A DNA stretch of 64,000 bases from Basidiobolus meristosporus CBS 931.73. Taxonomy: Eukaryota; Fungi; Basidiobolomycota. The number at the start of each line of letters is the position of its first letter. Positions within the stretch are counted from its first letter, which is position 1. Of this stretch, positions 14,612 through 27,250 are shown one piece after another. The translations under genes were made by a program, and so were the position numbers. The stretch spans positions 1-64,000 of the forward strand of contig MCFE01000206.1 in the NCBI GenBank assembly GCA_002104905.1, given 5' to 3'. Under the pieces are notes generated by a model. It was not told the origin of the DNA and ran no database searches. It was given only the letters and a program-made list of their open reading frames with translations.

Positions 14612-17116
14612 TTATAGTATATACTATAGTCAGCATTACTCCTTTTGAAATTCAAAGATTCCAAATAAGAATCCATCTGGCAATTTCAGGCTCTATGTGA
14701 TTTTTTGAGACCATGTAGATAATTTTTAAGCTTGCAGATCAAATGGGGGTTATCTTGGTCAACAAACCAATCAAGCTGGTCCATATGCACATCCTCATCA
14801 AGTTCTCCATTCAAAGATGAGGCTTTTACATCCATTTGATATCTAAAAAACTTATATTTGGCTGCAATAGCCAATATTCATCTGATGGGATTAAACTTGG
14901 CTTCTGGTGCAAAGGTTGTGGTATAGTCAAGTCCTTTTGTTTGAGAGTATCCTTTGGCCACAAGTCTTGCTTTGTTTCTTTCAATTGTACCATCAGTCTT
15001 GTATTTTGTCTTGTAGACCCATCCGCAACCAATTGAATTTGGTGGATTAGTAATTTGACTAAATCCCAAATTGTATTTTCTGTTAGGGCCTGATATTCCT
15101 CAGTCATTGCAGATCTCCAGAGCTTTGTCTGAGGGCTATTTAGGGCCACTTTTACAGTCTGGGGCTCATCAATATGGACTGAATAGGCATAGGCTAGGTT
15201 TGTACCCTCATTGATATAGTAACTTGGGCTATTTCTTGTCCAATTGGTTATCTGGGTATTTGATGCTGGAATGATCACTTTAGAATATCCCTGGGCACTG
15301 TTTCAGGGTGCACCACAGTAGCAGAGTCCTTTGGAGTAAAAAAATTCTCATTGTATTGCTCTGATTCAGTCCTGACAATAGGTGGACTTGAGATCAGTAA
15401 TTTGTCATCATTTGATGTCATTTTTTTGAAAATTTTGAGTTTTCATCAGGAAACACATCCCTGGACTTGATTAGATTCTTTGCTTTGGTATTGTACAATC
15501 TGTATGCTCTACTCTCATTGCAGTAGCCCAATAATATGCATTTACATTTTTTGGCTCAAATTTTGACTGATTTCCATGCAGTTGCTTCACATATGCTTTA
15601 CACCCAAGTATTTTTAGATGTTCTGTACTTGATCTGTATCCATACCATGCTATAAATGGAGTAGAACCACAAAGTGTTCTGTCATCAGGCTCTATTTTAA
15701 GGTATACAGCTGTGGCAACTGATTCAGCTCAGAAATAATAGGATAATTTTTGATCATGGATTATAGATCTTGCCGTATCAATTAGTGATCTGTTTACACC
15801 TTCCAATACTCTATTTTGCTGTGGGGAGTATGGTACAGTAATCTCTTGCTTTATCCCATTAATTTTGCAGAAGTGGATCAAGAGTTTTGAGGTATATTCT
15901 CCACCATTCCCTATGAAAAGTAATTTGGTCCTGCAAGTGGATCCAATCTGGATCAGCCATCAAGATCCCATTTAGAGACAGTAATAATACCAGCAGCATG
16001 GAATTAGTGACCCTCCCAACAATCTTATGATGGGATCTTGACAGTGTCTTTCTAATTTTACAACCAAATCAAGGGACACAACCTGACATTACATTATTGG
16101 TGCTATGACAATATTTGCTTGGTATTGATGCAGTCTTTTAATGTTCTATAACTATTTTAGGTGGATCCAGTTGGCCAGGACATCTAGTTGCCTTATATGG
16201 CAAGAAACTTGACAGTATTTTGAAAGCCTCACAGCAAGACTCTGATGGCAGTATATTGGCAGTATGATGGCCTACTGCTGGTTCTGTATAGTGCTACCGT
16301 ACCAACTTACCAAATGGTACTTCCTTTTTCTACCTCTCCTTGTGCAGCTCATATATTCCACTGTAAAATCACCTTTCTTCATTTGCTTACCCACTGCTAC
16401 CTTGTGTATTCCACATATAGTTCAAATCAAAAGTAACTATGGCCTCCTGCTTACTAACCTCTTCAAATGCGCACACCTGCCGCAATTGACATAGTTCTAT
16501 CACCTCAACATTACGGCTTTTTAGTGTGATACTTGCAAAGTTGCCATATACCTTGTACTGCTGGTAACATATACATCTTGCAAACATATGCTTTGCTGTT
16601 ACCACTTCTGCTATGAATACCTCCTGAACATGCGCAATGAACTTCTTAGTACTTAACCAATATATTCCTCTCCCTGCTGGATTCTAGTCCCCCTTATAGG
16701 TGTGCTCTGGCTTTTGTTTGTGTGAATTCTATATTGAATGGTGTAGAAGTTAGCCTATGACCATGAGAAATCTGGCATATCTTGGTAGAGTTTTCCTGAT
16801 AAAATTAGTTGCTTGTTGCACCCAACCCAACTTTGCACTACTCAACTGATTACCCATGCATTGGGGCTGTTTAGGTTCTTGATGCCATAGGCATTGGTGT
16901 TTCCATGTGGACCATTGTCCTTGGAATTTTCCAACTCTTCCTGTCTGTCCTCTGTGTGCCAACTCATTACATCCATGACAGACTTGAAGGTAATATTTTT
17001 GATGAGATTGGGATATACTAGTATCTGTGACTTGACTTGTCTTCCTATCTCCCCACACATCTGCTCCATAGGAAACTCCCAAAAGGTGAAGCAAGGCCCA
17101 ATATTCTCCACACTGT

Positions 17117-18187
17117 TGTGGTGGTGTATAAGTCCAAGGGAGAGATATGTCCAACACTTCTCAAGTGTTTTGTGTGTGGGGTGCTCACTGGGGGCAAAAA
17201 CCTCTGGCAAAAGCTTACTAGAAATACTTGGGTTCTGTCTCTAATCTAATGTGATGGGGAATAAAGCCACAAGCTTGTCAAGGGAAAACTATTGAGCTAC
17301 AATCCCCAACTTAGTTGGCGTCTTAACAAAAGTATGTGCTGGGCTCAGCATCCATTGAGATGACAATGTACCAAAGCTTCCAAAGTCAAAACAACTGTAA
17401 ACTCCACCAGCAGGGACTTGATAAGAATGCAGCTGTGGTCAATAGTTACAAAGACAGAAAAGCATCTTTGCCTGTATAAGAACAAGCTTGGGATATAATC
17501 AAATATAATAAAAGATACCTACTTTGAGTATTCCTCACAAGTAGTGCCTCCAAGGTCAGTTGGCTGTTGGCATGGTTTCCTGGGAGGGTCCGGTGGTCTG
17601 GGGTTGGAAGTTCAGTTAGCAGCAGGTAGCAGTGATCACACTAATCAACAAGCCGGTATATTGATATAAGGGATGATGATATATTGTTGAGGGACAGTCT
17701 CCCTTATATACTTTTCTTACTGGCTAAGTGATTGCTAATCATGGTGTTCCAGAAGGTTCCAGATATCAATAAAAATCTTAATGACATTGGAATGACCTAA
17801 AAATGTTTTAAGTAGGTGCCAGAAGGTTCTAAGTGGCACAGCACATCCAACCAATTAGGAATCAGTATTCTGAAACCTGTGTAGCATAGGGATATTATAT
17901 ATAGTATGGAAATGGAAGGGATGGTGACATGGGTTGATCATGTGTCATGGGAACTGGCATGGGTACTTGCCTAATATAGAAGCACTTACAGCTAGTAATC
18001 TTTCATAAAGTGAGGGGTAACTTATGCAATAAGGTAAGCAGGTGTGATAGTCAACCAGCTTATGGGATAGTACTGATCAGGTAAGACAAATGGGACAAAA
18101 CTAAAATAAGTGTAGTAGAGATAAAGGGAAGTAGGAAATATCAGAATGAGCACATCTGTCAGTGGGTGTCATTTTCACCCCACTACA
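17117..18187. mobile_element. Long solo LTR (1071 bp), probably Ty3/Gypsy type
   Basis: Ends TGTGGTGG...CCACTACA (near-perfect terminal inverted octamer). The 4-bp flanks are CTGT/CCAT; paralogous empty sites show CTGT (near 5123) and CCAT (near 259, reverse strand). A 4-bp TSD is typical of Gypsy. Confidence 0.7.
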
Positions 18188-20132
18188 CCATGCAAGATGG
18201 AGTAGAGAATGGATACAGTAGCAACAGAGATCTACACATTCAGCTTTATGCTTATAGTATAGCCGCTCAAATCCCGTCACAATTCCCTTACATAACAGCT
18301 GAAAATGCATCAAGTCAGCAGTGGTGATCTGCTTCTGGATAAATATTCCTACAATGTCCACATATGACTCCCAATGCTTCTAATGTACTCTTGGTAGGAA
18401 TGGCCTCCAAACACCACTTGAATAAATACATATCCAGCTCATCCAGTCTTAGCATTTGTATTGTTGCATATGCATATGAATATTAATTGGAGCCCGTGGG
18501 AACTACTTAGGGTAGTGGATACTCTGTAATATCTTGCCAATTCTTTCAGATTTCTCCTGTATCTCAAAGGGCTCATTTAGCTTGAAAGGCCCCATGTACA
18601 ACTTGGTCATCAGTATAGGGATATTGTTGAAAAGCAAATGCATTGCTCCCAGCAGAAAGCATTTGCTCCAACAGATACCCTCTATCTTAAGTATCCCCAG
18701 TTTCCAATTGATTCCATATTCCTGCCAATGGCTTATAGGTTGCCAACTTTGCTGCAATTGCATGCTTACTTCTGTACATTCTCTCTGTGGAAAGATGATG
18801 TTTTTGGTGTTGGTGTTTGGGTAATAATAATGTGTGTAAGTTATGGAGTAAATCCCCTGGATCTCACACATTTGACAGCAATACCATCCATTGTGCCTGG
18901 AAATGCCTGCTATCTTGCTGATGGCTGGGGTGTCTCCAATGCAGATAATAATACGTGCTTTTACATGATGGCCATTTACTGTTATCCTGCTAGAAATCAT
19001 ATGAAATTCATCCAGCAAGGGATACAGGTAGCTATCCAGGTTGGATGGTGATTTAGGCCCAGATGCCAGTGAGACTACCATCAGATTATTGCTCTGATAC
19101 TCTAAGATGGGTGGCAGATTCAGATTGATGAGAATTAGTGGCCAGCAGGATTTGCTGGTATAGTACTTGTTTAATGAGTATCAATCAAGTGTTAAAGCAA
19201 AGGCATGGTCATACATACCTTCAGAGTAGCACTTGCTTCTTAGCTGTTTGTAATGTTTGCCACTGAATATACTGGATATGTGTGCACTTGATTGATACTG
19301 AGTGCGGTACTGTATAGCTTTGCAATATTTGTTGGACCGCATCAGCTCCCTCAGACAAGGTATGGCCAGAATACATCTGCAGTGTAAACAATGTTTTCTC
19401 TTAATGGTGGTGGATTCCTGACAATTTGGACATGTTGCAATGGTAGCACTTTTGGATGTGAATGCCATGCAACTGTTAACACATGCTGGAATCAGGACAG
19501 TCTCTGGATCATATGTTGCCAGCTGCATGACAGTTGTCCACTTGAGCCATGTACATGGTAAGTTCCATCCTGGTGTGACCTTAGCAAGAAGTTGTAATAA
19601 ATCCTTAAAGTCCCCATTACTGATATTAGTAGAAATGCACCACTTCTCTAGCCACAACATCACATCATTCACCAGTAGATGGATGACTGGGCTCACTTGG
19701 CTCCATAAAGTATCCTTGGCATTTGTTTCAACAGGTGTTGTCTCATTGCATATAGGGATCTGACTGGGCTCATACATGGTACTGTTGTTAGGGGAGATAG
19801 GCTCAAAATCCATCAGTGAACCTTCTTTGTCAGAGCTATCACTCTGCATGCCATATTCAGAAGGCTGAGGTGAGCCTAAAGGTGTCACAAACTCACTTGA
19901 CCCAGTTTGCACAAGGTGACAAAGAAGGCCAGGTGCCAGTATAGAAGTATCAACTGGCCAGCAAGATAATGTTGGTACAGTAGTGACCAATGAACAATCA
20001 AATATGACTTGGGTGGTAAAACACTGGCCATGATCCTTGTAATACTTCCTATGCTGTCTGCGTGCTTCATGGCTGAGAGGCTTGCCACAATAGCCACATG
20101 GTCTTTTTTCTCTTCTCTTACAGTGTTGAGTC

Positions 20133-23100
20133 TGTTTTAAGAATTTGTAATTCCACCTAAGAATTCACATAACTTAGTCACTTAAATCAATACCCTGGAA
20201 CCCTAATGAATACAGACCAGATTCCCTGTCAGCATTTACTTGGAATATTTTCACCAAAATACCAGGTACCCAGAACATGAGAATCCTCAACTTTGTCCAA
20301 ACCGCCCCAAACTTTACATACATGTTCTTGGAACCTTTCTTAATCTATTCTATGTATTTGTAATGCCAAGACCATGAAAGAGTATAAATACTACTTTTAC
20401 ATTCAATATATCACTAAGTGAAAACCACATAATCTACTTGTCCTCCAAATCACTTCCAATATCTCCAAGACTCTTATCACATGTTATCAGCCCCAAGCTG
20501 TCACTCTTTGCAATGTCTACTACTGCAACTATTGGAATTTTTCCCTCTGCTGAAAAGTTGAATGGATCTAACTACCAAGCGTGGATGGTGAAGATGATGA
20601 TGCTGCTGCAAGAAAGAGGCCTTTCAGACATTGTCATGGGAGATGAATGCCCTCCTCAAAATAAGGGAGAGGAAGCCCTAAAGTACCGGAAGAAAGAACA
20701 AAGTGCCTTTAACTGCATTTGCCTTAATGTTAAAGATAAATTGCTAATTCAATGCTCAAGAGCAAAAATGGCAAAGAATGCCTGGAAGGCATTAGAAGAC
20801 ACCTACCAGTCATGTTCAGCTGCTAAGATAATGTATCTGAGACAAAAATTCTTTACTACAAAGATGCTGCCAGGTGAAGACATGAAATATCTAATTAACA
20901 GAATTACCCTGCTGGTAGATGAGATGGAATCTGTGGGTGTACCAACTACTGATGAGGATGTGATAGCTAACATCCTGATTAGCCTGACAGACAGGTTTCA
21001 GGGCCTTGTATCAGCCCTAAAGTCCAGAACTGAAGATTTGACCTTATATTACATATATCAAAGGCTCCTGGAAGAAGAATTAAGAAAATCTAGGGCCAAA
21101 AAAATGAAGAAAAAGTGCTCTAATAAGCAATGATAACCAGCAAAGGAGGTACCTAAGACCCTACAAAGGCAACAGCATCCTGTTTTGTAACTACTGCAAC
21201 AGGAAAGGACACACATCAGACTGGTGCTTGAAAAAGAGAGATAATCAGCTAAAGAAGCGTGAATATGAAATGCTGCAACAACTGCAGATATACTATTCAT
21301 ATCTGCACTAAATGTGACCACCAACAAGGATTCTCAGATGTGGTATATTGTCTCTGGAGCATCTCAACACTATGCACACCAAAAAGAACTTTTTACCCAA
21401 TATCAAGAAATTCCAATTAAGAAGGTGTTCATGGGTGACAATTGTACACTTGATGCAGTGGAAGAAGGAACTATCCAATAAACCTAAGAAGCAGTGAAGG
21501 AGGCCATAAAAGGACCTTTAAAGAAGTACTCTATGTACTATAAATAGCCAAGACCCTACTATCAGTAAGCAAGGCCACTGCAGAAGGACTCAGTTTCAGC
21601 TTTGACAATTCTGGATGCAAGATCACTGATCAAAATGGTGCCCATATTGCTTTGGGTATCAGAGATCAGAACCTATACAAATTGACTAATATTCCATCAT
21701 ATTTGGAAGCCAATATAAGTAACTTAAATGATGAAACACCAATGCATGGTATGGATACAGACCAAGTGCAGAACATCTAAGAATACTTAGGTTTACAGCA
21801 TATGCCAAGAAACTACCGGGAAATCAGTCACATTTGAGCCAGAAAGTGTAAAATGCTTATTTTTGGGCCACTGCAATGAGAGTAAAGCATAAAGACTCTA
21901 CAATACCAAAGTAAAGTAGCTAATCTAGTCCAGGGATGTGTTGTTTATGAGAATTCAAAATTTTCACAAAACATGAAATCAGTTGATGATAAATATCTGA
22001 TCACAAGTCCACCAATTGTCAGGATTGAATCAGAGCAAAACAATGAAAATTTTTTCATTCCAGAGGACTCTACAACCATGGTTCAGCCAGAATCAGTGCC
22101 CAGGAATATCCCAGAAGTGATCATTTTAGTAGCAAATGCCTGGAGATCCAACTGGATAAGAAATAGCCCAAGTTACTATATCATTGAGGGTAAAAACTTA
22201 GCCTATGCCTATTCAGTTCATTTTGATGAGCCCCAGACTGTAAAAGAGGCCCTAAATAGCCCTCAGACAGAGTTTTGGAGATCTGCAGTGACTGAGGAGT
22301 ATCAGGCCCTAATGGAAAATCTAACTTGAGACTTAGTCAAATTACCAATCAACCAAAAATCAATTGGATGCAGATGGGTCTTCAAGACAAAATACAAGGC
22401 TGATGGTACTATTGAAAGATACAAAGCAAGACTTGTGGCCAAAGAATACTCCCAAAGAAAAGGGCTTGACTATACTGAGACCTTTGCACCAGTAGCCAAG
22501 TTTAATTCCATCAGATAAATATTGGCTATTACAGCCAAATAAATGTTTTTATTTATCATATGGATGTAAAAATTGCATTTTTGTATGGTGAACTTGATGA
22601 GGACATGTATATGGACCAGCCTGATAGGTTTGGTGATCAAGATAACCCCATTTGGTCTGCAAGCTTAAAAAGTCACTATATGGTCTCAAACAATCACCAA
22701 GAGCCTGGAATTGCAAGATAGATTCTTATTTGGAATCTTTGAGTTTCAAAAGGAGTAATGCTGACTATAGTAAAAACTATAAGCCAGATAGAGCAAATCC
22801 AGCTCTATTAGCTCTATATGTGGATGATCTTATTATAGCTGCCAATAACACAGAAACAGTGGAAGAGACTAAATCCAGCCTATCTAAGGAGTTCAAGATG
22901 TCTGATCTAAGAGAACTCAGTTACTACTTACGGATTAAATTCTTCATGGACAGAAGTACCCAGACTATTACCCTAAGCCAATCCATGTATATTCAAGATA
23001 TACTAAAGAAGTACCAAATGCAAGACTGTAAACCAGCAGCTACCCCAATGGAGAGAAACCTTAACTTGGTCAAAACTCAACCAAATCAAGAGATCTTGAT

Positions 23101-24152
23101 GCCATCTGAAAGCCCTGACTTTCCTTATCAATCTATGGTTGGCAGTCTTATGTATATCATGCTTGGAACACGTCCAGATATCTCATATTCATTGGGAGTT
23201 GTCAGCCAGCAAAATCAGAACCGTGGATCTATTCATATTGCAGCAGTTAAGCAGATTTATAGATACCTAAAAGGAGCTGCTGATATCTGCTTAAGATACA
23301 CTTATAAGTATTTGGAGCAGGATCTTGTGGGATACTCTGATGCTGATTGAGGACAAAATTTGGAAGACAGAAGATCCACCTCAGGATACACCTTTCTTTA
23401 CTGTGAAGGAGCAATTTCATGAAATTCAAGAAAGCAACCAACTGTAGCACTTTCTACCACAGAGGCAGAGTACATGGCAGCCTGTGAAGCAACAAAAGAA
23501 GCAATATGGTTACAAAAGCTTTTTACAGATTTAGGCCTATGTCAAAAAATGCCTATTTATTTCAAGATAATCAAGGATATATACAATTAGGTAGAAATCC
23601 AACTTTTCATGCTAGAACCAAGCACATAAATATTAGACTTCTTTTCATACGTGAAGCTATAGAGAATAACTCAGTTAGCTTAGTTTACAGTTCTACGGAT
23701 GAAATGATTGCAGACATATTTACCAAACCGTTAGCTAGAGACAAGTTTGAATATCTTAGGTCAAAATTAGGAATAGTCAGTATGAACATTTAGCTGAGTG
23801 GGAGTGTTGTAAAAATTTGTAATTCCACCTAAGTATTCACCTAACTTAGTCACTTAGATTGTTACCCTCAGATCCTAGAGAATACTGACCAAGTTCCTTG
23901 TTGGGATTTACTTAGAATATTTTCACCAAAATACCAAGTACCCAGAACATGAAAATTCTCAAAGTTGTCCAAACAACCCCAATCTTTGCACACATGTTCT
24001 TGGGACCTTCCTTAATCTATTCTATGTGTTTTTAATGCCAAGACCAGTTAAAAGTATAAATACTACTTTACATTCAATAATTCATTAAGTGAAAACCACA
24101 TAATCAACTTGTCCTCCCAATCACTTCCAATATCTCCAAGACTCTTACAACA
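20133..24152 (+). mobile_element. Ty1/Copia retrotransposon with both LTRs (20133-20481, 23805-24152), pseudogenised, integrase core deleted
   Basis: TG...CA LTRs of about 349 bp; purine tract GAGTGGGAG before the 3' LTR; gag LNGSNYQAW; RT LYGLKQSPRAW and LYVDDLII; RNase H ARTKHINIR...MIADIFTKPL. Many stops and frameshifts. About 650 bp present at 25.4-26.05 kb is missing near 21740. Confidence 0.92.
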
Positions 24153-27100
24153 GGTTATGAGCCCCAAGCTGTGAGTCTCTGCAATGTCTACTACTGCTAT
24201 TACTGGAATTTTTCCCTCTGCTGAAAAGTGGATGGCTCTAACTACCAAGTGTGGAAGGTGAAGATGAAGATGCTGCTACATGAAAGAGGCCTTTGGGATA
24301 TTGTCATGGGAGAAGAATGCCCACCTAAAAACATGGGAGAGAAAGCCTTGAAGTACCAGAAGAAAGAAAAAGTGCTTTTAACTGCATTTGCCTTAATGTT
24401 AAAGATAAATTGCTAATTCAATGCTCAAGAGCAAAACAGCAAAGAATGCCTGGAAGGCATTAGAAAACACCTACCAGTCATTTGCAGCTGCTAAGAAAAT
24501 GTATCTGAGACAAAAATTCTTTACTACAAAGATGCTGCCAGGAGAAGAAATGAAAAATCTAATTAAAAGAATTACCCTGCTGGTAGATGAGATGGAATCT
24601 GTGGGTGTACCAACTATTGATGAAGATGTGATAGTACCATCCTGAATAGCCTGACAGACAAGTCTTAGGGCCTTGTATCAGCCCTAGAGTCCAGAACTGA
24701 AGGTTTGACCTTAAATTATGTGTATGGAAGGCTCCTGGATGAAGAATTAAGAAAATCAAGCGCAAATAAGAAGGAAGAAGAAAATGCTTTAATAAGCAAT
24801 GATAACCAACATAGGAGGTACCCAAAACCCTGCAAAGGCAACAGCAACCGCTTTTGTAACTACTGCAAAAGGAAAGGACACACATCAGACCAGTGTCTCA
24901 TAAAGAAAGATAATCAGCAATAGAAGCCTGAATATGGAAATGCTGCAACAACTGAAGATAGACTATTCATATATGCACTAAGTACAACCACAAACAAGGA
25001 TTCTCAGACATAGTGTATTGACTCTAGAGCATCTCAACACGTTACACACCAAAAAGAACTTTTTACCCAATATCAAGAAATTCCAATTAAGGTGCTCATG
25101 GGTGACAATAGAACACTTTATGCAGTGGGAGAAGGAGCTATCCAAGTGAACCTAAGAAGCAGTGAAGGAGCCATACACTAACTTTCAAAGATGTACTCCA
25201 TGTACCAGAAATAGCCAAGAACCTACTAACTGTAAGCAAGGACCCTGCAGAAGGACTCAGTTTCAGCTTTGACAATTCTGGATGCAGGATTGCTGATCAA
25301 AATTGTGCCCATGTTGCTTTGGGTATCAGAGATCAGAATCTATACAAGCTACCTTATATTCTATCATATTTGGAAGCCAATATAAGTAACTTAAAGGAAG
25401 AAACACTAATGCTTTGGCACAGGAGATTTGGGCACATCAATTTTGATTATTTGCACAAAATAATCAGAGATCAGCTAATTTCTGGAGTAAAATTTATCCC
25501 CCAGCTAATTTGGAGCACTGTGAAGTCTGCATATATGGGAAAAAAGCCAGACAACTGTTCAAGAGCTCTGAGTTAATCAAAGTAAGAAAAAATTAGATCT
25601 AATTCACTCAGATCTGTATGGACCTATGCAAAATTTATCCTTGCGCAGGATGAAGTATTCAATCACTTTTATTGATAATTATACAAGATACATATGGGTC
25701 TACTTCTTGGAGAGAATGGAAGAAGCTCTGTCTAAGATCAGGGAGTTTAAAGCCATGGTGGAGAGAGAAATGGGTGAAAAAATCAAGAAAATACACTCTG
25801 ACAATGGTGGAGAATATACTTCAAGACTCTTCATCCACTTCTGCAAAATTCATGTGATAAAGTAAGAGACTACTGTACCATACTCCCCACCGCAAAATGG
25901 AGTAGCAGAACGTGCTAACAGATCAATAATTGATATTGCAAGATCTATAATCCATGATCAAAAATTATCCTATGATTTTTGGGCGGAATCAGTTGCCACT
26001 GCTGTATATCTTAAAAATAGGAGTTATAACAGTATACTTTGTGACTCTACTCCATTTGAAACATGGTATGGATAAAGACCAAGTGCAGAACATCTAAGAA
26101 TACTTGTGTATACAGCATATGCCAAGAAATTGCCTGGAAATCAGTCAAAATTTGAGCCAAAAAGTGTAAAATGCAGATTTTTGGGCTACTGCAATGAGCG
26201 TAAAGCATACAGACTCTACAATACCAATGCAAAGAAGCTAATCAAGTTCAGGGATGTGTTGTTTGATGAGAATTCAAAATTTTCACAAAAAATGACATCA
26301 GATGATGACAAAATCTGATCTCAAATTCACCAAATGTCAGGATTAAATCAGAGCAAAACAATGAAAGTTTTTTCACTCCAGAGGACTCTACAACTTTGGT
26401 TCTGTCAGAATCTGTGCCCAGGAATATCCCAGAAGTGATCATTCCAGTATCAAATGCCTGGAGATCCAATTGGACAAGAAATAGCCCAGATTACTATATC
26501 ATTGAGAGTACAAACTTAGCCTATGCCTATTCAGTCCATATTGATGAGCCCCAGACTGTAAAAGAGGCCCTAAATAGCCCTCAGACAAAGTTTTGGAGAT
26601 CTGCAATGACTGAGGAATATCAGGCCCTGATGGAAAATCAAACTTGGGACTTAGTCAAATTACCAATCAACCAAAAATCAATTGGATGCAGATGGGTCTT
26701 CAAGACAAAATACAAGGCTGATGGTACAATTGAAAGATACAATGCAAGACTTGTAGCCAAAGGATGTTCTCAAACTAAAGGACTTGACTATACTGAGACC
26801 TTTGCACCAGTAGCCAAGTTTAATTCTGTCAGATTAATATTAGCTATGGCAGCCAAATATAAGTTTTTTATTCATCAAATGGATGTAAAAGCTGCATTTT
26901 TGAATGGAGAACTTGATGAGGACATGTATATGAACCAGCCTGATGGGTTTGGTGTCCAAGATAACCCCCATTTGGTCTGCAAGCTTAAAAAGTCACTATA
27001 TGGTCTCAGATAATCACCAAGAACCTGTAATTGCAAGATAGATTCATATTTGGAATCTTTGAGTTTCAATAGGAATAATGCTGACTATAGTATATACTAT

Positions 27101-27250
27101 AAGCCAGATAGGGAAAATCCAGTTCTATTAGCTCTATATGTGGATGATCTTATTATAGCCGCCAATAACCTAGAAACATTGGAAGAGACTAAATCCAGCC
27201 TATCTAAGAAGTGCAAGATGTCCGGTCTAGGAGAACTTAAAATATGGATA
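23805..27250 (+). mobile_element. Second Copia copy in tandem, using the central LTR; truncated within RT
   Basis: The LTR ending at 24152 is followed directly by the PBS-like GGTTATGAGCCCC, then gag, CNYCKRKGHTSDQC, integrase (HSDNGGEY) and RT up to LYVDDLII. The sequence switches to CACTA ORF2 near 27250-27300. Confidence 0.88.

Noticed and set aside
22327-25012. Conserved Copia Trp codons turned into stops (TGA at 22327, 23348, 23420; TAG near 25010) as a sign of APOBEC-like or non-CpG hypermutation
   Set aside because: Any transition in TGG gives a stop, so these are over-noticed; four cases cannot establish a context bias without a full mutation spectrum.
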